From assembly GCA_964419045.1 (NCBI GenBank), contig CAYQNO010000019.1:278435-342434 (forward strand): DNA of 64,000 nt, in the 5' to 3' direction. Below are positions 51,472 through 60,943 of this stretch, piece after piece (position 1 is the first letter of the stretch; each line of letters opens with the position of its first letter). The notes under the pieces were generated by a model. The model saw nothing but the letters and a program-made list of their open reading frames with translations. It searched no databases and was not told the origin of the DNA. A program made the translations under genes and the position numbers. This DNA is from an uncultured Flavobacteriales bacterium. GTDB taxonomy: Bacteria > Pseudomonadota > Alphaproteobacteria > UBA8366 > CAVOAK01.

Positions 51472-52727
51472 TGTTCTGTAAGACCTGTTGTTTTCATCAA
51501 CTCAAGTAAATTTGTCACACAGGCATCCGCAAAATCATTGTCGTTGATATGGAGGTTTAATTCCTCTATCCGACCTTCTCTCAAATGTTTATGGAGCGTA
51601 TTAGTAAAAGCCCGATCGGCGTCCGGCTGCGCCCAGGGTCTAAGCTCGCAGCCCTCTATGGAGTGTGTCATATGTTTAGTATTTTCACTGAAGCCCTTTG
51701 TCGGAATTAGAACCACGAACGGATATTTCGACTCGTTAAGTCGTTCAGCTACTAACAGACCGAGTGCGGCGAGTTCGTCCACGTTAGTTCTCATCAAAAT
51801 GTTTTGTGCATTGAACTGGAGAAATTCTCGCTCGGAAAACTGATCGGGCACCATACCTGCCCAGAAGTTAACAAAGTCTATAGCGCCTGGAACAATAACT
51901 CGGGGTACAGCGGGATTGCTAGTAGCCCTTAACCGGCCGTCACCAGCGCTGTATACACCACCAACAAGAAAATCTGCTAATTCATGTGTCGTCACGTCAA
52001 CAACCCCTGCTAGCGCGCCTCTGGAAACCAGTGATTCGAGTGCTTTTCCTCCGGGGCCGGAGGCGTGAAATTGAATTGCTTCAAACCCTTCTGCTGTGAG
52101 AGACCTTGTTACTCCCTCGACGCATGGCTCGGTTACACCGAAAGTCGAGATGCCCACTAAAGATGAATGGGCTTCTAATGTATCATCATTTTTGACCCAT
52201 TTTTTTGCCATAGCAGCGACTGCTTCTGTCGCGTTTGTCAACACTGTTTTCGTTATACGATTCATGGATATGTCACCAATAGAGGAGAACATAGCGATAT
52301 CACTTTCCGCGACATACCATTGCACAGCTGCGGTTGCTGCGACTGGGCTAACCATTACCTTTGGAAGGGATAGCGGTAACGCTCGCATGATTGTGCAGGC
52401 TATCGATGTACCATTCGCTCCGCCAAGGCCAATTGCACCAGAAAGCTCGCTGCGTGCAACGGCACTCAACAGAATTTTTTGGCCACCGACAATCACATGT
52501 TTGGCAGCGTGAGTACGGTCATGAAGGGCCAGTGCAGACCACGTTGTATCAGCTGAAGCTGCAATCTGGTGGCCGCTAACATCGTGATTAACGAGATCAT
52601 GTGGACGCAAAGATATGTCCACCACCCAGGGAATGACTCCTGCCTGCGAAAGTTTGTCGCGAACGAACTGGACTTCCTTGTGTTTGGTATTGAGTGTCGC
52701 CAGTATGGCGATGATGACATCAGCCAT
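51468..52727 (-). CDS. UPF0261 (Tm-1-like ATP-binding) family protein
   Basis: 419 aa. The N-terminus MADVIIAILATLNTKHKEV... and overall layout match my memory of PF06792. Its stop overlaps the flavoprotein start (ATGA). Confidence 0.72.
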   Translation of the reverse strand: MADVIIAILATLNTKHKEVQFVRDKLSQAGVIPWVVDISLRPHDLVNHDVSGHQIAASADTTWSALALHDRTHAAKHVIVGGQKILLSAVARSELSGAIGLGGANGTSIACTIMRALPLSLPKVMVSPVAATAAVQWYVAESDIAMFSSIGDISMNRITKTVLTNATEAVAAMAKKWVKNDDTLEAHSSLVGISTFGVTEPCVEGVTRSLTAEGFEAIQFHASGPGGKALESLVSRGALAGVVDVTTHELADFLVGGVYSAGDGRLRATSNPAVPRVIVPGAIDFVNFWAGMVPDQFSEREFLQFNAQNILMRTNVDELAALGLLVAERLNESKYPFVVLIPTKGFSENTKHMTHSIEGCELRPWAQPDADRAFTNTLHKHLREGRIEELNLHINDNDFADACVTNLLELMKTTGLTEQ

Positions 52728-52887
52728 GGTTAGACATTGTTAGAGTTGGCACGTTTTTCTCCTCGACGTGATGGTTTCTTGATTACGTCTCATTAATAAC
52801 CGATAAATGTGCAAATTGGATGTTCCAAAATTGGTTCGTTAGCGGGGCATCGCGTTTGTATTAAACCAGAAAACTAAGGTGAGTCGG

Positions 52888-53865
52888 ATGAGTGGTTTGA
52901 TTGTTGCCGTTACAGACACGGTTTTTCCTAACCTCGACCCGGTTAAACAGGCGTTGTCAACCATTGGTGCCGAACTCAAGCTGGCCGAGCAGCCGACACC
53001 CGAGGCTATCCTTGATGTAGCTAGAGATGCGGACGGGCTTTTTGTTACATATGGACAGATCACTGCCGAGGTAATCAGTGGACTCAGAAATTGTAAAGTT
53101 ATTGGCAGGTTTGGTATTGGTACAGATAATATTGACATTCCGACCGCTTCAAGGCGTGGGATCATAGTGACATATGCGCCAGTATATTGCCTCGATGAAG
53201 TCTCTGAACATACCATGGCTTTGCTGATGGCGTTGGCCCGTAAAATACCATTTTCGAGTAAACTGGTTCAGGCCGGGCAGTGGGATATGCCTGCCGTGGT
53301 TCCAATCAATCGACTTAGAGGTCGAACACTGGGCCTAGTTGGTTTCGGGAATATTCCACAAAGCTTGGCGCCGAAGGCACAAGCTTTCGGGTTGACAGTT
53401 ATAGCAACCGACCCGTTTGTCAAAGCGGAATCAGCCAAATCGTTGAAAGTCGAGGTTGTTTCGTTAGATACGCTCCTTGAACGTTCAGATTTTGTTTCTG
53501 TGCATGCTCCTCTTACGAAGGAGACAGAGAATTTATTTGATGCAGATGCTTTCAAAAAGATGAAGCCAGAGGCAATGTTGATAAATACCGCTCGCGGGCC
53601 ACTTGTTGACGTAGCAGCTTTGGCGCAGGCACTGGACGACGGCGAGATTGCTGGTGCCGCACTGGATGTACTACCGATTGAACCACCGCCGGAAAACTTT
53701 GTGTTACTTGGTCGTGATAACGTCATCCTCACACCCCACACGGCATTTTACTCCGAAGAGGCACTCCTTAATCTGCAAACCACAGTGGCTAAGGATGTAG
53801 TGGCGGTTCTCAGTGGTGGGACGGCCGCCTACCCGATCAACGCAGCAGATATTGGTAAAGGCTGA
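52888..53865 (+). CDS. D-isomer-specific 2-hydroxyacid dehydrogenase
   Basis: AAGGTGAG SD then the ATG at 52888. NAD motif GLVGFGNIPQ and catalytic-region contexts INTARGPLVD and ILTPHTAF. Confidence 0.87.
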   Translation: MSGLIVAVTDTVFPNLDPVKQALSTIGAELKLAEQPTPEAILDVARDADGLFVTYGQITAEVISGLRNCKVIGRFGIGTDNIDIPTASRRGIIVTYAPVYCLDEVSEHTMALLMALARKIPFSSKLVQAGQWDMPAVVPINRLRGRTLGLVGFGNIPQSLAPKAQAFGLTVIATDPFVKAESAKSLKVEVVSLDTLLERSDFVSVHAPLTKETENLFDADAFKKMKPEAMLINTARGPLVDVAALAQALDDGEIAGAALDVLPIEPPPENFVLLGRDNVILTPHTAFYSEEALLNLQTTVAKDVVAVLSGGTAAYPINAADIGKG

Positions 53866-54869
53866 TGAGAGCCCTCGTTCTTAATGCTGCTAGCGACATT
53901 GGCCTGGAGGATGTGAAGCGTCCTGATCCGGAACAAGGAGAAACACTAATTCGTGTCTCGCACTCAGGGATTTGTGGTACGGATTTAAAAATTTTCCAAG
54001 GCGGTATTGCCGTTGATTATCCGCGTATCATGGGACATGAATCGGTAGGTGAAATTGTCGAGGGCCCTAACTCCGGTACACCAGTAATTGTCGATCCTGT
54101 TTACAGCTGTGGTACCTGTTATGTATGTCAGGCTGGCCAACCTAATCTTTGTCCAAATGGTGGACTAATCGGGCGTGATATTGATGGAGGTTTTGCGGAT
54201 TACTTAACCGCTCCGACCCGCAACGTTTATGCTCTTCCAGCGGAAATTGATCCGGCAGAAGCACCACTTCTGCAGCCGTTGACTACTTGCCTGCATGCTC
54301 TCCGGCTGGCTAAGATTTTTCCAGGTGAGGCTGTAATTGTCATGGGACTTGGTGTGACTGGGTTACTCCATATTCAACTTGCCAAGGCCTATGGTGCCCA
54401 TCCAATAATTGGGATTACGCGCAGTCAACGGAAGCTTGATCTGGCCAAAAACCTGGGTGCTGATTTTACCTTCAAACCCAATGAGCACACAAAGGAACGC
54501 GTTTTGGGAGTCACCGAGGGACGAGGTGCCGACTTAGTCATAGAGTCGGTCGGCAAGCTGCCCATCCTCGCACAGGCCATAGATCATGCGCGTATTGGAG
54601 GAAGGATTCTTGCCTTTGGTATATACACAGAGAAAGAAGGCGCACTGCCCTTTTATGACTTCTATTTCAAGGAGCTCAACCTCATCAACGCACGTGCCGC
54701 AAAGGCACAAGATTTTGAGGCCTGTATTGATCTTGTGCGTCGTGGCGCAGTCAAACTGAAACCAGTAATTAGCCATACACTTCCGCTCGACGAGATGGGC
54801 GAGGCGCTGACTCTCCTCGATGGAGCGGGTTCAAAACGCCTGAAGATTATATTAAATAATGCAAACTGA
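53865..54869 (+). CDS. Zinc-dependent medium-chain alcohol/polyol dehydrogenase
   Basis: TGATG overlap with the preceding gene. Catalytic zinc contexts GICGTDLK and GHESVGEIV, the structural zinc Cys cluster CGTCYVCQAGQPNLC and the Rossmann motif GLGVTG. Confidence 0.88.
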   Translation: MRALVLNAASDIGLEDVKRPDPEQGETLIRVSHSGICGTDLKIFQGGIAVDYPRIMGHESVGEIVEGPNSGTPVIVDPVYSCGTCYVCQAGQPNLCPNGGLIGRDIDGGFADYLTAPTRNVYALPAEIDPAEAPLLQPLTTCLHALRLAKIFPGEAVIVMGLGVTGLLHIQLAKAYGAHPIIGITRSQRKLDLAKNLGADFTFKPNEHTKERVLGVTEGRGADLVIESVGKLPILAQAIDHARIGGRILAFGIYTEKEGALPFYDFYFKELNLINARAAKAQDFEACIDLVRRGAVKLKPVISHTLPLDEMGEALTLLDGAGSKRLKIILNNAN

Positions 54870-54947
54870 AGTGGCGGCGGATGCTGGCGTTAAATTGCTC
54901 TATTGCATTACAAAATATTTACGTTGAGCGGCTTGTAGCTTCTGAAA

Positions 54948-56171
54948 TTAATTGGCAAGCGTTTCCTCGGCAAGTTTTCGGAATTCATCGTCGGTCATCA
55001 GACGCTTGTGGATTAGGCCCCAGTCCTTGACTGCCATTAGCACTTCCATAGCCTTCTCCTCACTAGCCTGAAGTTGGAATTTAGCGAGCCAGTCTTTGAC
55101 CGAATCAATTCCTGACCCTTTACCCATTACGACTTCTGGTTCAGCTTGGCCGACCATGCGTGGACGAAATGGCACCACTTCTGTTTGATGTGCCTCACCA
55201 CAGTTGAGGAGCCAGGTTGCGATTATCCCGGATTCTACTTTGAAAAGATCGTCTCCAACGATGGGTCTATTGTTTGGGACAATCGCTCCAGATATTTCAC
55301 GAACCAGGTCGGCGAGTGGCTTCAGTTGCTCTGTTTTAATACCGATATCAATATTATAAAGAGTCAGAAGTGCCATTACGGTTTCTTCCATGGGTACATT
55401 CCCAGCTCGCTCCCCTAGCCCCAGTACAGTTGACTGGATAACTTCTACACCTTCCGAAACCGCCATTAGGGTGTTGGCTATGCCTAACCCAAAATCCATG
55501 TGAAAATGTGCTTCAAGCGGCTTGTCAATCCGGGCCTTGATCGCACGAACAAAATACCGCATGGCGTGAATCGAAGTTGCCCCCATTGTATCCACCAACG
55601 CCAGCCCATCCATGTGCCCTTCATTTCCAACCCGCTCGATAAGATCGATGACCCATTTAAGGTCAGATCTAGTAAAATCTATCGGGAAAAAGACGACTTC
55701 CAGTCCGTTATCGTGTGCAAACTTAGTGGATTCGATCGAGAGGTCGATAGCACGATCGAGTTCCCAACGGTACCCAAGTTCGATAAGATGTGGACTAGCT
55801 GGGACTTCCATAATTACGCCCTGTACGCCGGCATCGACAGCACGCTTTACATCTTCGACCATACAGCGGGAAAAAGCGTAAATTTTTGGTCCAAAGTTGC
55901 GTTTGGCGAGTTCTTGCACCACCCTCGCGTCGTCCTTGGAAACGACAGGCATCCCAGCCTCAATGCGATGAACTCCGGCCTCGGCTAATGCTTCGGCAAT
56001 CCTTATTTTATCGTCGAAATCAAATGCAAGTCCTGCCTGTTGTTCGCCGTCTCGCAACGTGACGTCGTGGATTTTGATTTGTTCGGGAAAATTCCACTCG
56101 GCTGTAACTTCGGGCGCAAAGTTCCAGGGGCTAGTGTACCAATTCTCGTTTTTCCACGGCGTGTCCGTCAT
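54948..56171 (-). CDS. HMGL-like/LeuA-NifV-family enzyme (pyruvate carboxyltransferase TIM barrel) without a LeuA regulatory domain
   Basis: IKIHDVTLRDGEQQAGLAF signature, downstream metal-binding His contexts (EAHFHMDFG) and a length of 407 aa. Confidence 0.82.
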   Translation of the reverse strand: MTDTPWKNENWYTSPWNFAPEVTAEWNFPEQIKIHDVTLRDGEQQAGLAFDFDDKIRIAEALAEAGVHRIEAGMPVVSKDDARVVQELAKRNFGPKIYAFSRCMVEDVKRAVDAGVQGVIMEVPASPHLIELGYRWELDRAIDLSIESTKFAHDNGLEVVFFPIDFTRSDLKWVIDLIERVGNEGHMDGLALVDTMGATSIHAMRYFVRAIKARIDKPLEAHFHMDFGLGIANTLMAVSEGVEVIQSTVLGLGERAGNVPMEETVMALLTLYNIDIGIKTEQLKPLADLVREISGAIVPNNRPIVGDDLFKVESGIIATWLLNCGEAHQTEVVPFRPRMVGQAEPEVVMGKGSGIDSVKDWLAKFQLQASEEKAMEVLMAVKDWGLIHKRLMTDDEFRKLAEETLAN

Positions 56172-56336
56172 TCGACTCTACTCCCATGCGTGATCACGAT
56201 TTGTGATCGTTGTATCTGCATCCCACCACAATTGATCTGCATTTTTGTGGAGAGCAGTATGCCAATGTATCTACTCGGACCAATGGTGGGCAATGTAAAT
56301 ATCTTGCAATAACATGTGAATTTTGTTTCGTGCGTA

Positions 56337-56368
56337 TTGCACATAATATGTATTGTATATAATATGTA
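56337..56368 (+). promoter_or_regulatory. Candidate marR promoter overlapped by two palindromic boxes (possible MarR operator)
   Basis: TTGCAC (56337-42), a 15-nt spacer, then TATAAT (56358-63). There is a perfect 5-1-5 palindrome ACATAATATGT at 56341-51 and a one-mismatch copy ATATAATATGT at 56357-67, with centres 16 bp apart. GCGTA flanks both sides. Confidence 0.4.
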
Positions 56369-56390
56369 ATGCGTACTAAAAGGGCTTTCG

Positions 56391-56879
56391 ATGATTGAAA
56401 AACGAGATCCGGACGACAACTTGGGACTCCTAGTGCACGATGTTGCTCGGCTAATGCGCGCTAATTTTCATCGTCGTGTCCAGCCACTTGGGCTCACTCA
56501 AGCTCAATGGCGGGCCCTTTTTCATTTGTCGCGGAATGAGGGCATAAATCAAGCAGGGCTAGCAGAAATTTTGGAGATCCAGCCTATAACGATGGCCCGA
56601 CTGATCGATCGCCTTGAGATGGCTGGGTGGGCGGAACGGCGACCTGATCCTGCTGATCGACGGGCTATCCGGTTATACACCACCGCAGAAGCGCTACCGA
56701 CACTCCAAAAAATAAGTGTATTGGCAGCAGAGACTCGAGAAGAGGCAATGAAGGGGCTCAGCCGTCAAGCTCGTGCGCAGTTGGTAGATTTGTTGAAATC
56801 AACAAAGAACAATCTACTGGCAACACATGTCATGGAATCAACATCAAGAGAAATCTCCGATCCAGGGGCTGGAACCTAA
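56391..56879 (+). CDS. MarR-family transcriptional regulator
   Basis: 162 aa. Winged-helix region ...LTQAQWRALFHLSRNEGINQAGLAEILEIQPITMARLIDRLE..GW..R..DP.DRR. Confidence 0.88.
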   Translation: MIEKRDPDDNLGLLVHDVARLMRANFHRRVQPLGLTQAQWRALFHLSRNEGINQAGLAEILEIQPITMARLIDRLEMAGWAERRPDPADRRAIRLYTTAEALPTLQKISVLAAETREEAMKGLSRQARAQLVDLLKSTKNNLLATHVMESTSREISDPGAGT

Positions 56880-56908
56880 GTTTAACAATATAAACTGGAT
56901 ACTCAAAA

Positions 56909-58048
56909 TTGTCTGAAGTTGAAACAGAAAAGAATACTTTTGCCGAGACGAAATCAGGCGGGTTGCCGGATGAAGTTACTACGTCATCTACTATGTTTAC
57001 CCGTCCACGACTTCGCACCTTATTCTTTGTGCTCGGCCCGGTCATTACTTTGTTGGTTGGTGGGTACCTCTACCTCACGGGTGGAAAATACGTTAGCACT
57101 GAAGATGCCTATGTAAAGGCAAACAAGGTGGCTATAGGGGCACAAGTTGTTGGACGGGTTGCGGAGATATTAGTTAATGAGAACCAGCGTGTTGAGAAGG
57201 GAGAAATCCTATTTGCGATTGAATCCGATCCATATAAAATTTTACTCGCGCAGACTGATGCGGCTCTACGTCAAGTTCTTATGGACGTGGAGGAGCTTAA
57301 GGCCAGCTTTCAGGAACAGCATGCTAAACTCCAGTTGGCGAAGGTCAACTTGGCCTATGCCGAAAGTGAGTTCAAACGAAAGGCAACACTGGTCCAAAAG
57401 AAAATTATTTCCAAGTCACGATACGAAGAAGCTCAGCACGAGCGTGCAGTAGCACACGAAGAAATTTCTGTATTACGCCAGGACCTGAGCCGCATCCTCG
57501 TTAAACTTGGGGGTGGAGTTAGTGTGCCGGTGGAGCAGTTGCCGCGCTACCAGGTGGCAAAGGCGCGGCGAGATAGGGTAAAACTTGACATAGAATACAC
57601 GGTCGTGCGTGCACCATTTGCTGGAGTAGCTAGTAATAGACCGCAGATTGGTCGGTACGTAAAGCCGGGTGATCAAGTAATGAGTATTGTTTCCGACGTT
57701 GATATGTGGATCGAAGCAAATCTCAAAGAAACGCAGCTGACGCATGTCAGAGTCGGTCAGTCGGTACGCGTACTCGTCGACGCATATCCTAGTCACATTT
57801 GGAATGGAAAAGTCGAGAGTATTAGCCCGGCAACCGGCGCAGAATTTTCAGTGTTGCCACCTCAGAATGCGACCGGAAATTGGGTAAAGGTCGTACAGCG
57901 TGTTCCGGTAAAAATCCTGGTTGATTCTAAAGATAGTGGGCCGCTGCTACGCGCCGGAATGAGTACGGAGGTGAGGGTTGAAATAAACCAAAATCTACGA
58001 GCTCAACAATTAATACAAACCCTCTTTGATTGGCTGCACAAATTTTAG
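56909..58048 (+). CDS. HlyD/EmrA-family membrane fusion protein
   Basis: N-terminal TM helix followed by STEDAYVKAN, a coiled-coil hairpin and a beta-barrel region. The TTG start is uncertain. Confidence 0.87.
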   Translation: MSEVETEKNTFAETKSGGLPDEVTTSSTMFTRPRLRTLFFVLGPVITLLVGGYLYLTGGKYVSTEDAYVKANKVAIGAQVVGRVAEILVNENQRVEKGEILFAIESDPYKILLAQTDAALRQVLMDVEELKASFQEQHAKLQLAKVNLAYAESEFKRKATLVQKKIISKSRYEEAQHERAVAHEEISVLRQDLSRILVKLGGGVSVPVEQLPRYQVAKARRDRVKLDIEYTVVRAPFAGVASNRPQIGRYVKPGDQVMSIVSDVDMWIEANLKETQLTHVRVGQSVRVLVDAYPSHIWNGKVESISPATGAEFSVLPPQNATGNWVKVVQRVPVKILVDSKDSGPLLRAGMSTEVRVEINQNLRAQQLIQTLFDWLHKF

Positions 58049-58064
58049 GTAGTGCAGGACGGAC

Positions 58065-59606
58065 GTGGAGGGTCAGTTTTTGAGTAGTAAAAATCCCATC
58101 GAAAGTCCTTTGCGTCCTTGGTTGATTACTGTTTCCATCATGTTGGCGACGATTATGCAGGTCTTAGACATGACAATTGCGACCATCGCCTTACCCCACA
58201 TACAAGGTAGCTTATCAACAAACCAAGAACAGATATCGTGGGTGATGACGTCCTACATTATTTCCGTAGCGATCATGACGCCACCGCTTGGATACCTTGC
58301 GGGCCGCTTTGGTCGCCGTCAGATGTTTATTGTTTCAGTAGTCGGATTTACCCTAACATCTATGTTGTGCGGCGCATCCACGTCGCTGCCTCAGATCATT
58401 TTTTTTCGTATTCTACAAGGTGCATTTGGCGCAGGTTTAGTCCCTTATTCACAGGCCCTATTACTCGATACGTTTCCGCGTGAAAAACACGGAGAAGCGA
58501 TGGCGTTTTGGGGGATGGGCGTGATGGTTGCACCGATTCTTGGGCCCACTCTCGGAGGATATCTTACTGATTTGTATAGCTGGCGGTGGATTTTCTATAT
58601 CAATTTACCCGTCGGCATTCTTGCGCTTCTGGGTATTATAGCTTTCGTACCAGAGACCAAAAAGGAAGAAATAAACCGATTTGACTGGTTAGGTTTTATA
58701 CTACTTAGTATTTCAATTGGTACGCTACAATTGGCGCTTGATCGCGGACATTTACTTGATTGGTTTTCGTCCCCAGAGATTATCTTAGAAATAACCATTT
58801 CAGTTCTCTGCTTCTACTTGTTCCTTGTACAGATGTTCACTAGCTCTAAACCGTTTTTCAATCCGTCTATTTTTAAAGACTCCTATTTTGTTGGCGGCTT
58901 AAGTTACATGTTTGTGGTTTCACTCGTTCTGATTGCAAGTATGTTGCTGCTACCTCCATTTCTGCAAAATTTGAAAGGCTATCCAGTCGTAACGACAGGT
59001 CTCGTACTAGCGCCGCGTGGCATTGGTACCATGGTTGCGATGTTGATTGTTGCGCGTTTGGTTAACCAAATAGATCCCCGTTTTCTAATACAGGCGGGAT
59101 TACTTATTATATCATTTTCGTTTTGGTTAATGTCAAAATTTTCCATCGAAGTTGGAATTTGGGAAGTTGTCAACGCAGGTATAGTACAAGGGGTTGGGCT
59201 TGGGTTGTATTTTGTACCACTAAGTGTGATGACATTTACCACATTGGATTCAAAGTATAGGAACGAAGCTAGCGCGCTATATAGTTTGGCACGTAACATT
59301 GGGAGCGGTATAGGTATTTCCTTTGCGGTAACGCTATTGGTGCGTCACACACAAATCAATCGTTCGACGCTGGTTGAGCACGTTACACCATTCAATACGC
59401 TTTTTAGCCTACCCGGCGCTAACGGGTTTTGGAATTTGGGCGATACGTCCGGTTTGCTAACCTTAAATCAAGAAATTACGCGCCAAGCGGAAGCTATTGC
59501 GTACTCTAACGACTTTCTGCTTATGATGTATGTGATGCTTGCAGCTATTCCAATAGTATTTTTTCTTAAGAAGCCGGCGCACATGTCAGCATCTCAGTCA
59601 ATTTGA
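58065..59606 (+). CDS. MFS DHA2-family (EmrB/QacA-type, 14-TMS) efflux permease
   Basis: Size, hydrophobicity pattern and motif contexts (LDMTIATIALPHIQGSL, GRFGRRQMF), plus pairing with the EmrA-like gene. Confidence 0.9.
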   Translation: MEGQFLSSKNPIESPLRPWLITVSIMLATIMQVLDMTIATIALPHIQGSLSTNQEQISWVMTSYIISVAIMTPPLGYLAGRFGRRQMFIVSVVGFTLTSMLCGASTSLPQIIFFRILQGAFGAGLVPYSQALLLDTFPREKHGEAMAFWGMGVMVAPILGPTLGGYLTDLYSWRWIFYINLPVGILALLGIIAFVPETKKEEINRFDWLGFILLSISIGTLQLALDRGHLLDWFSSPEIILEITISVLCFYLFLVQMFTSSKPFFNPSIFKDSYFVGGLSYMFVVSLVLIASMLLLPPFLQNLKGYPVVTTGLVLAPRGIGTMVAMLIVARLVNQIDPRFLIQAGLLIISFSFWLMSKFSIEVGIWEVVNAGIVQGVGLGLYFVPLSVMTFTTLDSKYRNEASALYSLARNIGSGIGISFAVTLLVRHTQINRSTLVEHVTPFNTLFSLPGANGFWNLGDTSGLLTLNQEITRQAEAIAYSNDFLLMMYVMLAAIPIVFFLKKPAHMSASQSI

Positions 59607-60943
59607 TGATGCGAGTTTTAGTGCAGGTACTGCGAATACTATTTGGAATGTTAGGCGTCGTACTTGTGATCGTTGCCGCCGGGATTTTTTTCTCCAATAG
59701 TCCGACAGCTTCCACCGGGCGACTATGGCTTTACGGAACACCTGTACTTACTTGCGGTTTTTGTGCGCTGTTGTTAATGCGAGCTCGATTTCCTCTGTTG
59801 TTACTTGCACTGATCAATGGACTTGCTGTTGCCACAGCATTAGCCGGGGTTGAATTATATTTACTTACTACTCAAACAGTGCCTTTGAGAGCAGACAATT
59901 TAACATTTTCACTAAAGACAATGACAAATGCTCTGAGGAATTCTGGTGTACGAGCGTTTCCACATGTTTGCCCATCCATGCTGACAGATGAATCGCTATT
60001 AGGGGTAGATGGTAAACCACTATTACCGCTGGCTGGCCTATCAAATAATCTCCTAGTCATGCTTGATGGAGGTGAGATGGTAACCAGATATTCTGATGAG
60101 CACGGCTTCAACAACCCAAAAGGCCAGTGGAGTGCCAATAATAATCTTGTAATGGCAGTCGGTGACTCATTTACGTTTGGTGCGGATGTACCGTTCGGTT
60201 ATTCGTTCATTGACCTCGTTCGAAAACAAATTGGATCAGTAGTGAACCTTGGCTGTGGAGGAAATGGACCCTTAAGCGAGCTCGCAGCACTTACGGAATA
60301 TGGTCCTGTGTTGAAGCCAAAGACGATCATATGGGCTTTTTTTGAAGGGAACGATTTGACTAAGGATTTGAAGAGAGAATTAACTTCTCCAATCCTAAAG
60401 CGTTATCTGAAAACAGGTTATTCACAGCGCCTCGCCAACAGACAGGTTGAAATAGATACCTCCTTAATATCATTCCTTGATCCTTTAATTAAGAAGGATG
60501 AACAGTCAGATAAACGAAAATTTTCACATAGTGCTAAGGGCTTAGGAGAATTATTATTACTTAATCGCCTACGTAGTAAAATAGGCTTAACTTGCGGATT
60601 TGATCGCAGGCGTTTTCGATTAGCTTGTGACTTTAGCGATGATACCATCAAACAATTCGCCCGTATCCTGGAATTGGCCGCAGAGCGCGTGGCAAAATGG
60701 GATGCACGCCTAATATTTGTTTATCTCCCTTCGGCTAAACGCTATTCTAGCTGGGTAGCTAATATTGATGCCGACGCCGCACGTACCGCGGTGCTTAGTG
60801 TCGTTGATGGCCTAGAAATAGATCGTATCGACATGCACGCGATTTTTTTTCAACATTCTGATCCAAAGACATTATTTGATGGCCACTACAGTGAAGAAGG
60901 CTATGCGCTGGTTGCAGAAAAAATTTTGGAACGCCTGCAATAG
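59606..60943 (+). CDS. Membrane-anchored SGNH/GDSL-family hydrolase or acyl-esterase
   Basis: TGATG overlap with the efflux permease stop. Has N-terminal TM helices, then SGNH blocks I (AVGDSFTFG), II (LGCGGNGP), III (FEGNDL) and a V-like block (DGHYSEEG). Confidence 0.72.
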   Translation: MMRVLVQVLRILFGMLGVVLVIVAAGIFFSNSPTASTGRLWLYGTPVLTCGFCALLLMRARFPLLLLALINGLAVATALAGVELYLLTTQTVPLRADNLTFSLKTMTNALRNSGVRAFPHVCPSMLTDESLLGVDGKPLLPLAGLSNNLLVMLDGGEMVTRYSDEHGFNNPKGQWSANNNLVMAVGDSFTFGADVPFGYSFIDLVRKQIGSVVNLGCGGNGPLSELAALTEYGPVLKPKTIIWAFFEGNDLTKDLKRELTSPILKRYLKTGYSQRLANRQVEIDTSLISFLDPLIKKDEQSDKRKFSHSAKGLGELLLLNRLRSKIGLTCGFDRRRFRLACDFSDDTIKQFARILELAAERVAKWDARLIFVYLPSAKRYSSWVANIDADAARTAVLSVVDGLEIDRIDMHAIFFQHSDPKTLFDGHYSEEGYALVAEKILERLQ

